From Verrucomicrobiota bacterium (GTDB taxonomy: Bacteria > Verrucomicrobiota > Verrucomicrobiia > Chthoniobacterales > UBA10450), in assembly GCA_003219435.1 (NCBI GenBank), contig QHOW01000064.1:1-36078 (forward strand): 36,078 nt of DNA, written 5' to 3'. The translations under genes were made by a program, and so were the position numbers. The notes under the pieces were generated by a model, which saw only the letters and a list, made by a program, of their open reading frames with translations, was not told the DNA's origin and searched no databases. This document shows positions 25,102-33,381 of this stretch, piece by piece. The stretch's first letter is position 1. Every line of letters starts with the position of its first letter.

Positions 25102-28100
25102 ATGGAGAAACTAATGATAAAAAACGTGCTAACTAAATTCGGTCCGGCGGCTGCCGGATTAATTTTTGCATCAAACGCTTTTGCCCAAGCGCCGGCGCCG
25201 CCTCTGGCGCCTGCGGTGCCTCCGCCGCCTGGCCCGGCCGTGGAGGCGGTAGCCGAGCGAGTCATCGTTACCGGTTCGAATATTCCGACCGCGGCAGAGC
25301 AAGCCTCAATTCCGGTGACAACCTACACAGCCCAATGGCTCCAGAAAGCGGGCAGCAATACGCCGGTGGAAGGATTGCGTCAGCTTCCCACCTTTGTCGG
25401 AAACGCCGCCACGGAAAATGACTCCAATGGCGGCGATGGCACGGCCAACATCAACCTGCGCGGCATTGGCCCCGAAAACACGCTCGTCCTCATCAACGGC
25501 CGGCGCGCCAATTTGGGCAACGGTTTCCCGGACGTCAATCTTATCCCAATCAGCGCGATTCAGAAGGTTGACATCTTGAAGGACGGCGCCTCGGCCATTT
25601 ACGGCTCCGACGCGGTCGCCGGGGTGGTCAATTTTGAGTTCTGGAATGACATACGTGACTACGGTCCGATATATGAAGGTGCCGAGTTCGAGGCCCGTTA
25701 CGGAACTACCACTGACCACGACGCGAATGTGCGTCAGGCGTGGATTCGCGGCGGGGTCACAGGATTGGATGGCAAGGTCGCCATCTTTGCCTCGGCAGAA
25801 TATTACAATCGCGCAGCCATTATGTCCCGCGACCGCGTGATGGCGACCACAGGAGACCTGTCCAGCAATACTACCGGCATCGAGGTTAATCCCAATATTG
25901 GTGTTACCGGATTGGGTCTCGGCGGCTTTAACAACAACAGCCCCACCTTTGCCGGCGCCCTGAACACCATCTCTGGTGGGGCTCTTGTTTTGATCGATCT
26001 GTCGAATAATGCGCCGACTCCGGCCAGTTACCGGCCATTTCTGGGAAGCGTCGATCCCGCCCGGCTCAACTTCCGCGCGTTTACGCCGGCGATTCCGGCG
26101 ATGGAAAAGTCGCTCGAGTACGTGACCGGTCGATACAAGATATTTGGGGATGCTCTTCAGGTTTACGGAGACATGATGTACACGCATGAAAGACAGAACA
26201 ACGGTCTGGCGGGGGCGCCGTTTGCCCTTTTCGCTGGGCCGGCGTCAGAAGGGGGGGACTCAGTAGAACTGTCGCCCTTCAACCCGTTTGGCAGCGATCT
26301 CTCTTTCGTGAGATATCGCCTCCAAGACGAATTGGGTCCCCGTCTAAGCACATTCGATAAAGATTACTGGCGTTGGGTGATCGCCGTGAAGGGTGACTTG
26401 GATTTCGCGGACAACCCTTTCATCAGCCATTTCGGGTATGACAGCGGCATTACTTACGAGCGTTTCGAGGAGGAAGAAATCGATAATGGCGATGCCGAGC
26501 GCACCCTCATAGTGGACCAAATGCTGGCCGGCGTTTTCGACCCGTTCGTCGGCCAGAACGCGCCCAAAGTCGGTGTAGCTCCGATCTATGTGGACGGGGT
26601 TCAGGTGGGGACGGCGCCTTATAATAACGTTGCTGGCGCAGAGGCGGCTGCCTATATCGGCCACTCATTTTTTAGAGACAAAACTTTTGAGTGGGACATT
26701 ACGCTCAACGGGCATTTTTTCCCGAATCTGTGGAATGGCGGAGTCGACGTCGCTGGTGGTTATTCCCATCAGTGGCGGCAGGACCAGCAGATCGGCGATC
26801 CGGTGCAGGCGGCAGGCGATCAGCTCGGGTTCAACGCCGTGCCTAATGCCAAGTTCCAACAGGTGGTGGACTCCTATTTTGGTGAAATCAAAATCCCCTT
26901 CGTGACTTCAACGATGAACGTTCCGTTCGTCAACTACTTTGAAGTGGATTACGCCTACCGCTTCGAACACTTTACAGACCATGACCTGACGAATCCAAAT
27001 CTTCCGATAACAACAAACACATCATTTCCCCATGCCACAAGTAAGTTCGATAACGGCGGTGACAATCGTGTGACGGTTGGTTGGCGGCCAATCCCCGATT
27101 TGCTGCTGCGCGGGACCTATGGAACATCGTTCCGGTCGCCAACTCCAGCCAATCTCTTTTTCCCGACGTTTCAGGACTTCCCGGTCGTCTTTGACCCGTG
27201 TGGAACTTGCCCTACAGCCGGCACGCTTCAGCCGCAAAAAGGCGTTTGGATTCGGGGAAACACTGCTCTCAAGCCGGAAGAGTCAACAAACTGGACAGCC
27301 GGCCTGGTGTATTCGCCCAAATTCGTGCCTGGCTTCACGCTAACGGCCGATTGGTATCAGATCTACAGCACGAATGTGATCGTGAATGGAGAAGACTTCT
27401 CCCAACTCCTGCTGACGCAGAACGTGATCGATCCGGATGGTTTTGGCAACGGTTCCGGAACCATCGAGGGCCCCGGAGGCACGGGCCTTGGGATAACCCG
27501 CGATTCCGCTGGAGGTCTGTTAGCAATCGATTCCGTGCCCGGCAACGCGGGTGTCCGTTTCGTTCAGGGATTGGATATCCAGGCCAATTACGAGCTGCCG
27601 ACGACAAACTTCGGCAAATTTACGTTCACGCTTGGCTACAACCACTTCTTCACCTGGAAGATTTCGCCGGGCCCGGGCTTGCCCTTTAACGACTTCCTGG
27701 GCAACTATAACAACGGCACGCTTCCGCTGGCCCCGGGCGCCATTCCCTTTAACAAGGGCTTTGTGCGCTTGGAATGGGAATATAAACTTGGACCCGGGAA
27801 TCTCGATTTCGTTGCCCAAGGCAATTACATCGGCGATTACGAAGATGATCCAAGCTTCATTAATGGTAACGTACTCCTAAGCTCACCGACGGAGGCACCG
27901 AGTTGGGCGCTGCATCGGCGCGTGACGGATTACGAGACGCTTGATCTGCAGGCGAGCTACGAGTTTGTCAGGCCGCCAATGGAAGCGCCTGTCCCTGGCT
28001 ACTCCAAGGAGGGGAAGGACTTCAAGGGCGGCAAGCAGCCGGTAGAGGCTCCCGGCGTGGAAACCGGCTCGTTCTGGCAGCGGATGCTCTGGGGCACCAA

Positions 28101-28236
28101 GATCACCGCAGGCGTGGTGAATGCGTTTGACCGCCAACCACCGACCGTCCTGGGAGCGTTCAACGACAACTACGATACGTCGCTCTACTCGATCCGTGAT
28201 CGTTTCTGGTACGTCGCCCTGAGTAAGAAATTCTAA
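25102..28236 (+). CDS. TonB-dependent outer membrane receptor
   Basis: Signal peptide MEKLMIKNVLTKFGPAAAGLIFASNAFAQA. Plug domain motifs (NINLRGIGPENTLVLINGRR, VDILKDGASAIYGSDAVAGVVNF). Long beta-barrel region ending in the aromatic terminal residue (ALSKKF). The start was moved from 25051 to the ATG at 25102. Confidence 0.9.
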   Translation: MEKLMIKNVLTKFGPAAAGLIFASNAFAQAPAPPLAPAVPPPPGPAVEAVAERVIVTGSNIPTAAEQASIPVTTYTAQWLQKAGSNTPVEGLRQLPTFVGNAATENDSNGGDGTANINLRGIGPENTLVLINGRRANLGNGFPDVNLIPISAIQKVDILKDGASAIYGSDAVAGVVNFEFWNDIRDYGPIYEGAEFEARYGTTTDHDANVRQAWIRGGVTGLDGKVAIFASAEYYNRAAIMSRDRVMATTGDLSSNTTGIEVNPNIGVTGLGLGGFNNNSPTFAGALNTISGGALVLIDLSNNAPTPASYRPFLGSVDPARLNFRAFTPAIPAMEKSLEYVTGRYKIFGDALQVYGDMMYTHERQNNGLAGAPFALFAGPASEGGDSVELSPFNPFGSDLSFVRYRLQDELGPRLSTFDKDYWRWVIAVKGDLDFADNPFISHFGYDSGITYERFEEEEIDNGDAERTLIVDQMLAGVFDPFVGQNAPKVGVAPIYVDGVQVGTAPYNNVAGAEAAAYIGHSFFRDKTFEWDITLNGHFFPNLWNGGVDVAGGYSHQWRQDQQIGDPVQAAGDQLGFNAVPNAKFQQVVDSYFGEIKIPFVTSTMNVPFVNYFEVDYAYRFEHFTDHDLTNPNLPITTNTSFPHATSKFDNGGDNRVTVGWRPIPDLLLRGTYGTSFRSPTPANLFFPTFQDFPVVFDPCGTCPTAGTLQPQKGVWIRGNTALKPEESTNWTAGLVYSPKFVPGFTLTADWYQIYSTNVIVNGEDFSQLLLTQNVIDPDGFGNGSGTIEGPGGTGLGITRDSAGGLLAIDSVPGNAGVRFVQGLDIQANYELPTTNFGKFTFTLGYNHFFTWKISPGPGLPFNDFLGNYNNGTLPLAPGAIPFNKGFVRLEWEYKLGPGNLDFVAQGNYIGDYEDDPSFINGNVLLSSPTEAPSWALHRRVTDYETLDLQASYEFVRPPMEAPVPGYSKEGKDFKGGKQPVEAPGVETGSFWQRMLWGTKITAGVVNAFDRQPPTVLGAFNDNYDTSLYSIRDRFWYVALSKKF

Positions 28237-28277
28237 ACCAGAAATTGGCTTGCCGCGTATTACGCGGTTTGAATTGA

Positions 28278-28317
28278 GCGGGCCCCGAAACCTTTCGGGG
28301 CCCGCCTTTTTTGTTTT
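28278..28317 (+). terminator. Intrinsic terminator of the TonB-dependent receptor gene
   Basis: GCGGGCCCCG (28278..28287) pairs with CGGGGCCCGC (28296..28305) around an 8-nt loop, followed by CTTTTTTGTTTT. Confidence 0.85.
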
Positions 28318-28397
28318 GGTAGGGCGCGCCAGTCCTCTGCGCGCCGCGAACGTTGGCACGTCAACCACACGGCGCGCACGACGCGACGCGCCCTACC
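28318..28397. repeat. REP-like element R1 (80 nt) with 11-bp terminal inverted repeats, 10 nt beyond the RAYT 3' end
   Basis: GGTAGGGCGCG (28318..28328) ... CGCGCCCTACC (28387..28397). It contains a 24-mer CGCGAACGTTGGCACGTCAACCAC (28345..28368) that recurs exactly at 29037..29060. Confidence 0.8.
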
Positions 28398-28406
28398 TTT
28401 GCGCAG

Positions 28407-28876
28407 CTACCCGAGCAGCGAAGGCGGACCGTCGTTTGGTCGATAGATCCAGACCCAGTCTTCCGCCCGTTCACACAAGCCTTTACGGACGGGATTCATC
28501 AGGATGTAATTCGTCTTCTCGTCCACTTCGTGATGGTCGCGCAGGCGATGATCGAAGAAGTCGCGTTGCCAATCCACCCCGTGTTTTCCGGCCACATACT
28601 TCTTCCAGTTCTTAATCACCGTTGCCATTCCCGGCTCGCCCGGGAAGGCGAGGATGGAGTGCAAATGGTCCGGCATAAGCAGGCACAGCCGACAATGCCA
28701 CGCGAGCTTCTCGTGATTGCGTGTTTTATTGCCGCCTACACGGCGTCGCCGATTTGGGTGCGGCACAACTGGTTTTTACGCCGGGGTACACAATTGATGG
28801 TGATGAAAAACCAACTGCCTTCAGCCACCCATTGCGGAATTGTGTGCGGGAGCTTTGTGCGGACGGGCAAATCCAT
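28407..28876 (-). pseudogene. REP-associated tyrosine transposase (RAYT, IS200/IS605-like Y1 HUH transposase), reading frame interrupted
   Basis: The N-terminal part (frame of ORF 28736..29056, from the ATG at 28876) reads MDLPVRTKLPHTIPQWVAEGSWFFITINCVPRRKNQL. The C-terminal part (ORF 28407..28766) carries the HUH motif MPDHLHSIL and the catalytic Tyr context EKTNYILMNPVRKGL. The two parts are in different frames (470 nt total, not a multiple of 3) and overlap at 28736..28766, so at least one indel is present. Confidence 0.75.
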
Positions 28877-28920
28877 GCGCGGAAGTTTAACGAAATCAGC
28901 GCAATCAATTAAACACGAAA

Positions 28921-28985
28921 GGTAGGGCGCGTCAGTCCCCTGCGCGTGTTCGGACGACGGCGCGCACGGAGTGACGCGCCCTACC
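28921..28985. repeat. REP-like element R2 (65 nt) with the same 11-bp termini as R1, 45 nt upstream of the RAYT start
   Basis: GGTAGGGCGCG (28921..28931) ... CGCGCCCTACC (28975..28985). The internal CAGTCCCCTGCGCG and GGCGCGCACGGAGTGACGCGCC are shared with R1. Confidence 0.8.
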
Positions 28986-29010
28986 CACGCAAAGCCAATC
29001 GTCGCGTTAA

Positions 29011-29070
29011 GGTCGGGCGGGCAGTCCTCTGCACGACGCGAACGTTGGCACGTCAACCACGCCGCGCCGC
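29011..29070. repeat. REP-like element R3, a partial or degenerate copy
   Basis: GGTCGGGCGGGCAGTCCTCTGCACGACGCGAACGTTGGCACGTCAACCAC aligns with the 5' two-thirds of R1, including the exact 24-mer. It lacks the terminal GGTAGGGCGCG/CGCGCCCTACC pair. Confidence 0.65.
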
Positions 29071-29169
29071 AACCGAACGTCTAACCGCGGATCGGCTGCT
29101 GCGGCGGCTGCCCGCGCCGTGCAATCCGTGGTTAAATTCTGGAAGGCGGTTCAACTCGGCAACGATTTA

Positions 29170-29187
29170 GCGCGGACATGTCCGCGC
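29170..29187. promoter_or_regulatory. Perfect 18-bp palindrome, a candidate operator about 80 bp upstream of the hydrolase gene
   Basis: GCGCGGACATGTCCGCGC is its own reverse complement. Confidence 0.3.
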
Positions 29188-29267
29188 ACTCCATAAACTT
29201 GTGCTGGCTTGCGGCGCAGGTTGCGGCAAATTCTGTTAAGCTTTTCTGTGAAATGCAATAACCAGTC

Positions 29268-30068
29268 GTGCGCACTTTCCTAAGCATTTTCTTGTGTTTC
29301 CAGCTTTTCGTCATTGCAACCCAGGCTGCCACCCTGGCTGGTCAACCGGTTCAAGGCGGCGCTACCGTGGAGATTCGCTTCCCGGTAGCGAAATCGTTTC
29401 AAGATATCGCAGCGCAAGGTGGTAATCCGCGGCCCGAAGTAGGCAGAGCGGTTTTAACCTTCCCCGTTGGCTTTGATCCGGCACGCAACTGGCCCATTCT
29501 TATTGTTACCTCGACAAGCGACTTTAACCGTACCAGCCCGATGGATGCCCAGTGGTACCGTGGGCCTGCGCTGGCAGGCGGATGGGTTCTCCTCGCTTCA
29601 GATGCGCTAATCAGACCTCGCCTTGATTCCACCCAGTGGCGCCTCGCGATACTGGCAGCAGCGCTTGAATCAATCCGCAGGGAATGGCCGCAGTCGGCCA
29701 AATGGCCGGTGGCATTCGCCGGCTTTTCCGGTGGAGCGAAGCGCAGTGCGGTGCTGGGGGCAATGCTGGCCAAGACCGGATCAGTCAAAATCTGCGGATT
29801 CTTTCTTAGCGGTACCAATGAGGATCGGCTGAGTGAAGCCTACAGAGACTACGGGCCTGGCGGAGATTTTCTCGAGATTCCCATCTGGCTGAGCAGTGGT
29901 CAGAGTGACAACATTGCCAAACCGCAGGATCACGACCGGGTGAAAGCTTCATTGGAGCGGACCGGATTTAAACGCGTGCGTCTGGAGCGCTTTTCCGGCG
30001 GCCATCAGGTCAAAAAGGAAGAAGTAGAGCGCGCTTTGCGTTGGTTCCGGGAGGTCGCGAAATTTTAA
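29268..30068 (+). CDS. Secreted alpha/beta hydrolase (esterase/carboxylesterase-like)
   Basis: Signal peptide MRTFLSIFLCFQLFVIATQA. Nucleophile elbow GFSGG, followed in canonical order by an acidic residue (SGQSDNIA) and His (FSGGHQV). GTG start. Confidence 0.6.
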   Translation: MRTFLSIFLCFQLFVIATQAATLAGQPVQGGATVEIRFPVAKSFQDIAAQGGNPRPEVGRAVLTFPVGFDPARNWPILIVTSTSDFNRTSPMDAQWYRGPALAGGWVLLASDALIRPRLDSTQWRLAILAAALESIRREWPQSAKWPVAFAGFSGGAKRSAVLGAMLAKTGSVKICGFFLSGTNEDRLSEAYRDYGPGGDFLEIPIWLSSGQSDNIAKPQDHDRVKASLERTGFKRVRLERFSGGHQVKKEEVERALRWFREVAKF

Positions 30069-30074
30069 GACGAT

Positions 30075-30209
30075 TCAAGCTTGATTTCCGCAAGCAGCCG
30101 TTTCACCAGTCAAAGCTTGCACCGTCAGATAAGCTGCATCCGCCAGCCCCGCCAGGGAAACGATCGCGACGACGATATAAAGGATCGTGCGAAATCGCGA
30201 TACGGTCAT
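30075..30209 (-). pseudogene. 44-codon ORF resembling only the first TM helix and loop start of a VKOR (vitamin K epoxide reductase family) protein; likely a truncated remnant
   Basis: Hand translation gives MTVSRFRTILYIVVAIVSLAGLADAAYLTVQALTGETAACGNQA*. The ATG overlaps the DsbA-like stop as ATGA (30206..30209). The pattern hydrophobic helix-GLxxAxYLT-x8-10-C matches bacterial VKOR N-termini recalled from memory. The ORF stops 6 nt from the convergent hydrolase stop. Confidence 0.4.
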
Positions 30210-30883
30210 TTCGCCTCGGAGGCAGAACTCTTTGCTTTCACCGCTTCATCGACCAGTCTGCGCACTCCCTCAGGGGTGCGATCATTCGGTCCCATTTCAC
30301 GTTTGTCGACAAAGAGCGTCGGGGCAGTTGTGACTCCCAGTGACCTGGCGCGGGCTTGATCGGACTCGAAGCGCTCCCTGACTTTGTCGCTCTTCACGTC
30401 TTTTCTAAACCGATTGAGATCGAGTCGGAGCGTTTCCGCATAGGTATCAAACAGCATTCCCGCATCGGTAGCGCTGCTCCAAACGGGCTGTTCCCGGAAC
30501 AACATGTCATGCATTTCCCAGTAGCGACCTTGCAGACCGGCCGCTTCGGCAGCCAAGGCGGCATCCCGAGCGAATTGATGCATCGGGAGCGGAAAATTGC
30601 GAAAGATCAAGCGCACACGCGGATGATACTCTTTTATCAACTGATCGAGAAACGTGGCGAGATTGGCGCAGGACGGGCACTCGAAATCACCGAATTCTTC
30701 CAACGTAACCGAAGCCTCCGGGTTGCCGCGAATGTGCATCGATTCGGCATCGCCTTCTCGAGAGACGCTCTTGTCTTCGGAGATGGTAAGCGGACGGGGC
30801 AGCTTTGCGCGATAGAGCATCGCTCCGCTCCCCAGCGTGGCGATCGCCGCCACGCCAATTATTAAAGGCAGATAGCGTTTCAT
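30206..30883 (-). CDS. DsbA-family thiol:disulfide oxidoreductase with N-terminal membrane anchor
   Basis: Thioredoxin-fold active site FECPSCA (CPSC). The helical insertion (AAEAAGLQGRYWEMHDMLF) is typical of DsbA-like proteins. Confidence 0.85.
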   Translation of the reverse strand: MKRYLPLIIGVAAIATLGSGAMLYRAKLPRPLTISEDKSVSREGDAESMHIRGNPEASVTLEEFGDFECPSCANLATFLDQLIKEYHPRVRLIFRNFPLPMHQFARDAALAAEAAGLQGRYWEMHDMLFREQPVWSSATDAGMLFDTYAETLRLDLNRFRKDVKSDKVRERFESDQARARSLGVTTAPTLFVDKREMGPNDRTPEGVRRLVDEAVKAKSSASEAK

Positions 30884-31162
30884 AAATTGTCGAGAGCGCG
30901 AGAAGTTTCAGCGCAACAAATGAGTCGTCAAGTTGTTCTGAGAATGCTGATCCAGCGCCTGATTGTCAGGATAAGTGGCTGACCTTGGCCTAACAAGAGC
31001 TATCACTGGGAGCGATCACTTTGTAAAGGGTCTGTAGTCATGCGATCCCGTCTCCGTTGTGGGGGAATCCGAAATTAAAAATCATATAACTCGTGCAGAT
31101 TGCGTTTCGACGCGTTGCCCAGACTTGCTTTTTTTCCCAATCTGATCTTTAATCACACGGCG

Positions 31163-32893
31163 ATGGCGACGCAGCAAACATTTGCCTCGGCTGCAATCCC
31201 CCTTTCGGCAAGCGACCATAAGGCCACGATATCTGCATCGCGACCAAAGTCCCCATGGATTCTCGACCGATGGCGGGACCTGTTGTTTTTTGTCGGCACA
31301 CCGGTGTTGCTGATTCCATTGTTTGCGATCATTCAGGCGCGGTGGAGCGCACAGGATATTTACCTTTTTGTTGCCGCCTTCGGCGCAATGGGCCATCACT
31401 TGCCCGGCATGATTCGCGCCTATGGCGACCGCGCGCTATTCGCTCGGTTCAGGACACGGTTTATTGTGGCGCCCATCGTTTTAGTGGCGGTGTCTGTCTG
31501 GGCTTCGCTTTATAATATCCAGGCAATACAGCTTCTCGCTCTGGTATGGGGAATCTGGCACGGCATGATGCAAACCTACGGGTTTGGCCGGATTTACGAT
31601 GCGAAAGCGTCCGCTAGAGCGCCAGCGCGGGCGCGCGCGGACCTGGCGCTTTGCTTTGCCTGGTTCCTGGCAGCGGTGCTGCTCTCACCGATGCGCATGC
31701 GCACTCTTCTCGATGTTTATTACGAAAGTGGTGGATTGGTTATTCCCGCCGCCGCGATGGGGGCCCTTCGCGCCGCAGTCGTGCTGGGGCTTGGATTAGT
31801 GACGATCGTTTTCTTGTGGCGACAGTGGGCTGATTGGCAGGGTGGACGCGGGGCCAGCCCGGTGAAAATGGTGCTGCTCGCGACCAGCATCGCATTTTGG
31901 TGGTATTGCAACAACGGCGTCCAGAATATCCTGGTGGGAATCGCCCTCTTTGAGGTCTTTCACGACGTGCAATATCTCTCCATTGTTTGGATTTATAATC
32001 GCACCCGAGTGGAACGAGATGAAAGCATTCGCGGTTTTATGCGCTTCGTGTTTCGGCGCAGCGGTTCACTGATCGGTGTTTACGTGGGGTTGGTGCTGGC
32101 CTATGGATCGATCGCCTTCCTCCAATCGAGCGCCGTCGTGGAGTGGATTAGACACGGATTGATCGGCGTCGTCACGGCCTCAGCTTTACTCCATTTTTAT
32201 TACGACGGGTTCATTTGGAAAGTTCGTGAAACCCAAACACGGTCAATGCTGGGGATCGATGGCGCCGGTGTGTCGGTCCCGACTCGCCGCGGACTGCCGG
32301 GTTGGGTCGGGCACAGTCTGCGTTGGGCCGCGTTGGCAATCCCTTTTGGCCTCTTCTGCGCTGCACAACTCGTCGGGCGGGCCGTCCCGCCGCTCGAGCG
32401 CTTCGCTAAAGTAGCTGAAGTGGTGCCGCAAGATGCCCAGGCACAATTGAACTACGGCAAGGCATTGCACGAGGCGGGACGCGTGGAGGACGCAATTCCC
32501 CGATACGAGAGCGCGATCAGGCTAAAGCCGGCACTGGCAGAGGCCGAGTTCTTCCTCGGTCTTGCCGAGAGCGATCTGGGGGAGCAGGAGCGCTCCATTG
32601 CACACTACGAGCGGGCGCTTTCGCTGGATCCCAAGAACGCGAAAGCCGAATGTAATGTCGCTGGGATCTTGGTCACCAAACATATGTACGATGAGGCGCG
32701 GCGCCGATACGAACATAGTCTCCAGCTCGATCCGACTTTGTTTCTGGCGCATAAGGAACTAGGGGATTTGCTCTGCCATGCGGGTGAGTTTGACGCGGCG
32801 ATTGGCCATTACAACGAGGCGCTTCGGCTTCGCCCCAATTTCCCGGAAGCGAAGGATAATCTGGCCTTCGCGCATTCTCTCGCCGGTCACTGA
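31163..32893 (+). CDS. Polytopic membrane protein (about 10 TM) fused to a C-terminal TPR domain; function unknown
   Basis: Hydrophobic N-terminal roughly 400 aa with recurring His/aromatic motifs (GHHLPGMIRAYGD, WHGMMQTYGFG, FEVFHDVQYLS, LHFYYDGFIWK). The C-terminal roughly 150 aa holds 4 TPR-like repeats (AQLNYGKALHEAGRVEDAIPRYESAIRLKP and so on). The start is set at the ATG at 31163 rather than the TTG at 31100. Confidence 0.7.
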   Translation: MATQQTFASAAIPLSASDHKATISASRPKSPWILDRWRDLLFFVGTPVLLIPLFAIIQARWSAQDIYLFVAAFGAMGHHLPGMIRAYGDRALFARFRTRFIVAPIVLVAVSVWASLYNIQAIQLLALVWGIWHGMMQTYGFGRIYDAKASARAPARARADLALCFAWFLAAVLLSPMRMRTLLDVYYESGGLVIPAAAMGALRAAVVLGLGLVTIVFLWRQWADWQGGRGASPVKMVLLATSIAFWWYCNNGVQNILVGIALFEVFHDVQYLSIVWIYNRTRVERDESIRGFMRFVFRRSGSLIGVYVGLVLAYGSIAFLQSSAVVEWIRHGLIGVVTASALLHFYYDGFIWKVRETQTRSMLGIDGAGVSVPTRRGLPGWVGHSLRWAALAIPFGLFCAAQLVGRAVPPLERFAKVAEVVPQDAQAQLNYGKALHEAGRVEDAIPRYESAIRLKPALAEAEFFLGLAESDLGEQERSIAHYERALSLDPKNAKAECNVAGILVTKHMYDEARRRYEHSLQLDPTLFLAHKELGDLLCHAGEFDAAIGHYNEALRLRPNFPEAKDNLAFAHSLAGH

Positions 32894-32897
32894 TTTG

Positions 32898-32931
32898 TTT
32901 GATGTTGAGGGTTGACGTTTGATGTTGGATG
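32898..32931. repeat. Tandem array of five degenerate 7-mers (TTTGATG) just after the TPR gene stop
   Basis: TTTGATG TTGAGGG TTGACG TTTGATG TTGGATG read directly. Confidence 0.7.
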
Positions 32932-32934
32932 CTC

Positions 32935-32965
32935 CGCTCGCGAACCCCGAATGGTTTCGCGAGCG
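32935..32965 (+). terminator. 10-bp perfect hairpin downstream of the TPR gene (possible terminator, no T-run)
   Basis: CGCTCGCGAA (32935..32944) pairs with TTCGCGAGCG (32956..32965) around an 11-nt loop. Confidence 0.35.
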
Positions 32966-32978
32966 AGCGCTTTCGGAG

Positions 32979-33350
32979 TCAGTTGTCAAGTTGGGGGCCC
33001 GGAACGCGATCCTCCAGTTGACCCACGAACTCCAAGTAGCGTCTAATGGCCGCTGCCAGCAGCGCGCGCAGATCGCCCAGACTGTAGATAGATCGCTTCA
33101 ATGCGGCCAGTTGGTAGCCGATACCCACCGGCGCGCTGAGCCACCTTGCGGTGGTGTCTATAGAATGTGACGTCGTTGGTCGTGCACTCGATCCGCAAGA
33201 CCCGTTTTTGCTTATCTACATTTTTAATCGCCTGCCGGTTGAGGCTGTGTTTGATCCACATCCCCTCCACTCGCGTGTGAAAATCGCTTTGGACCGAGAA
33301 GCTCGCAAGCCGGCGAGGCGCCATTTGCAGCACGCGGGGCACTCGCACAA
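32979..33350 (-). pseudogene. Decayed fragment of a transposase-like or conserved hypothetical gene
   Basis: ORF 33043..33348 encodes GMWIKHSLNRQAIKNVDKQKRVLRIECTTNDVTFYRHHRKV. After a frame change the sequence continues YSLGDLRALLAAAIRRYLEFVGQLEDRVPGPQLDN*. From memory these blocks (IKxYDK....LRIExTxND..FF.HHRKV and IYSL.DL......NRRYLEF) resemble a widespread IS-associated protein family of roughly 400+ aa. Here both ends are missing and the frame is broken. Confidence 0.45.
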
Positions 33351-33381
33351 AGGCGGACAGGCAGCACGCTCTCCGGAACTT

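Noticed and set aside
25306-26187. 293-aa minus-strand ORF
   Set aside because: It is antisense to the plug and early barrel region of the TonB-dependent receptor.
28353-28925. 190-aa + strand ORF across the RAYT locus
   Set aside because: It is antisense to the RAYT coding sequence and begins inside REP element R1. The minus-strand frames carry the HUH and Tyr motifs.
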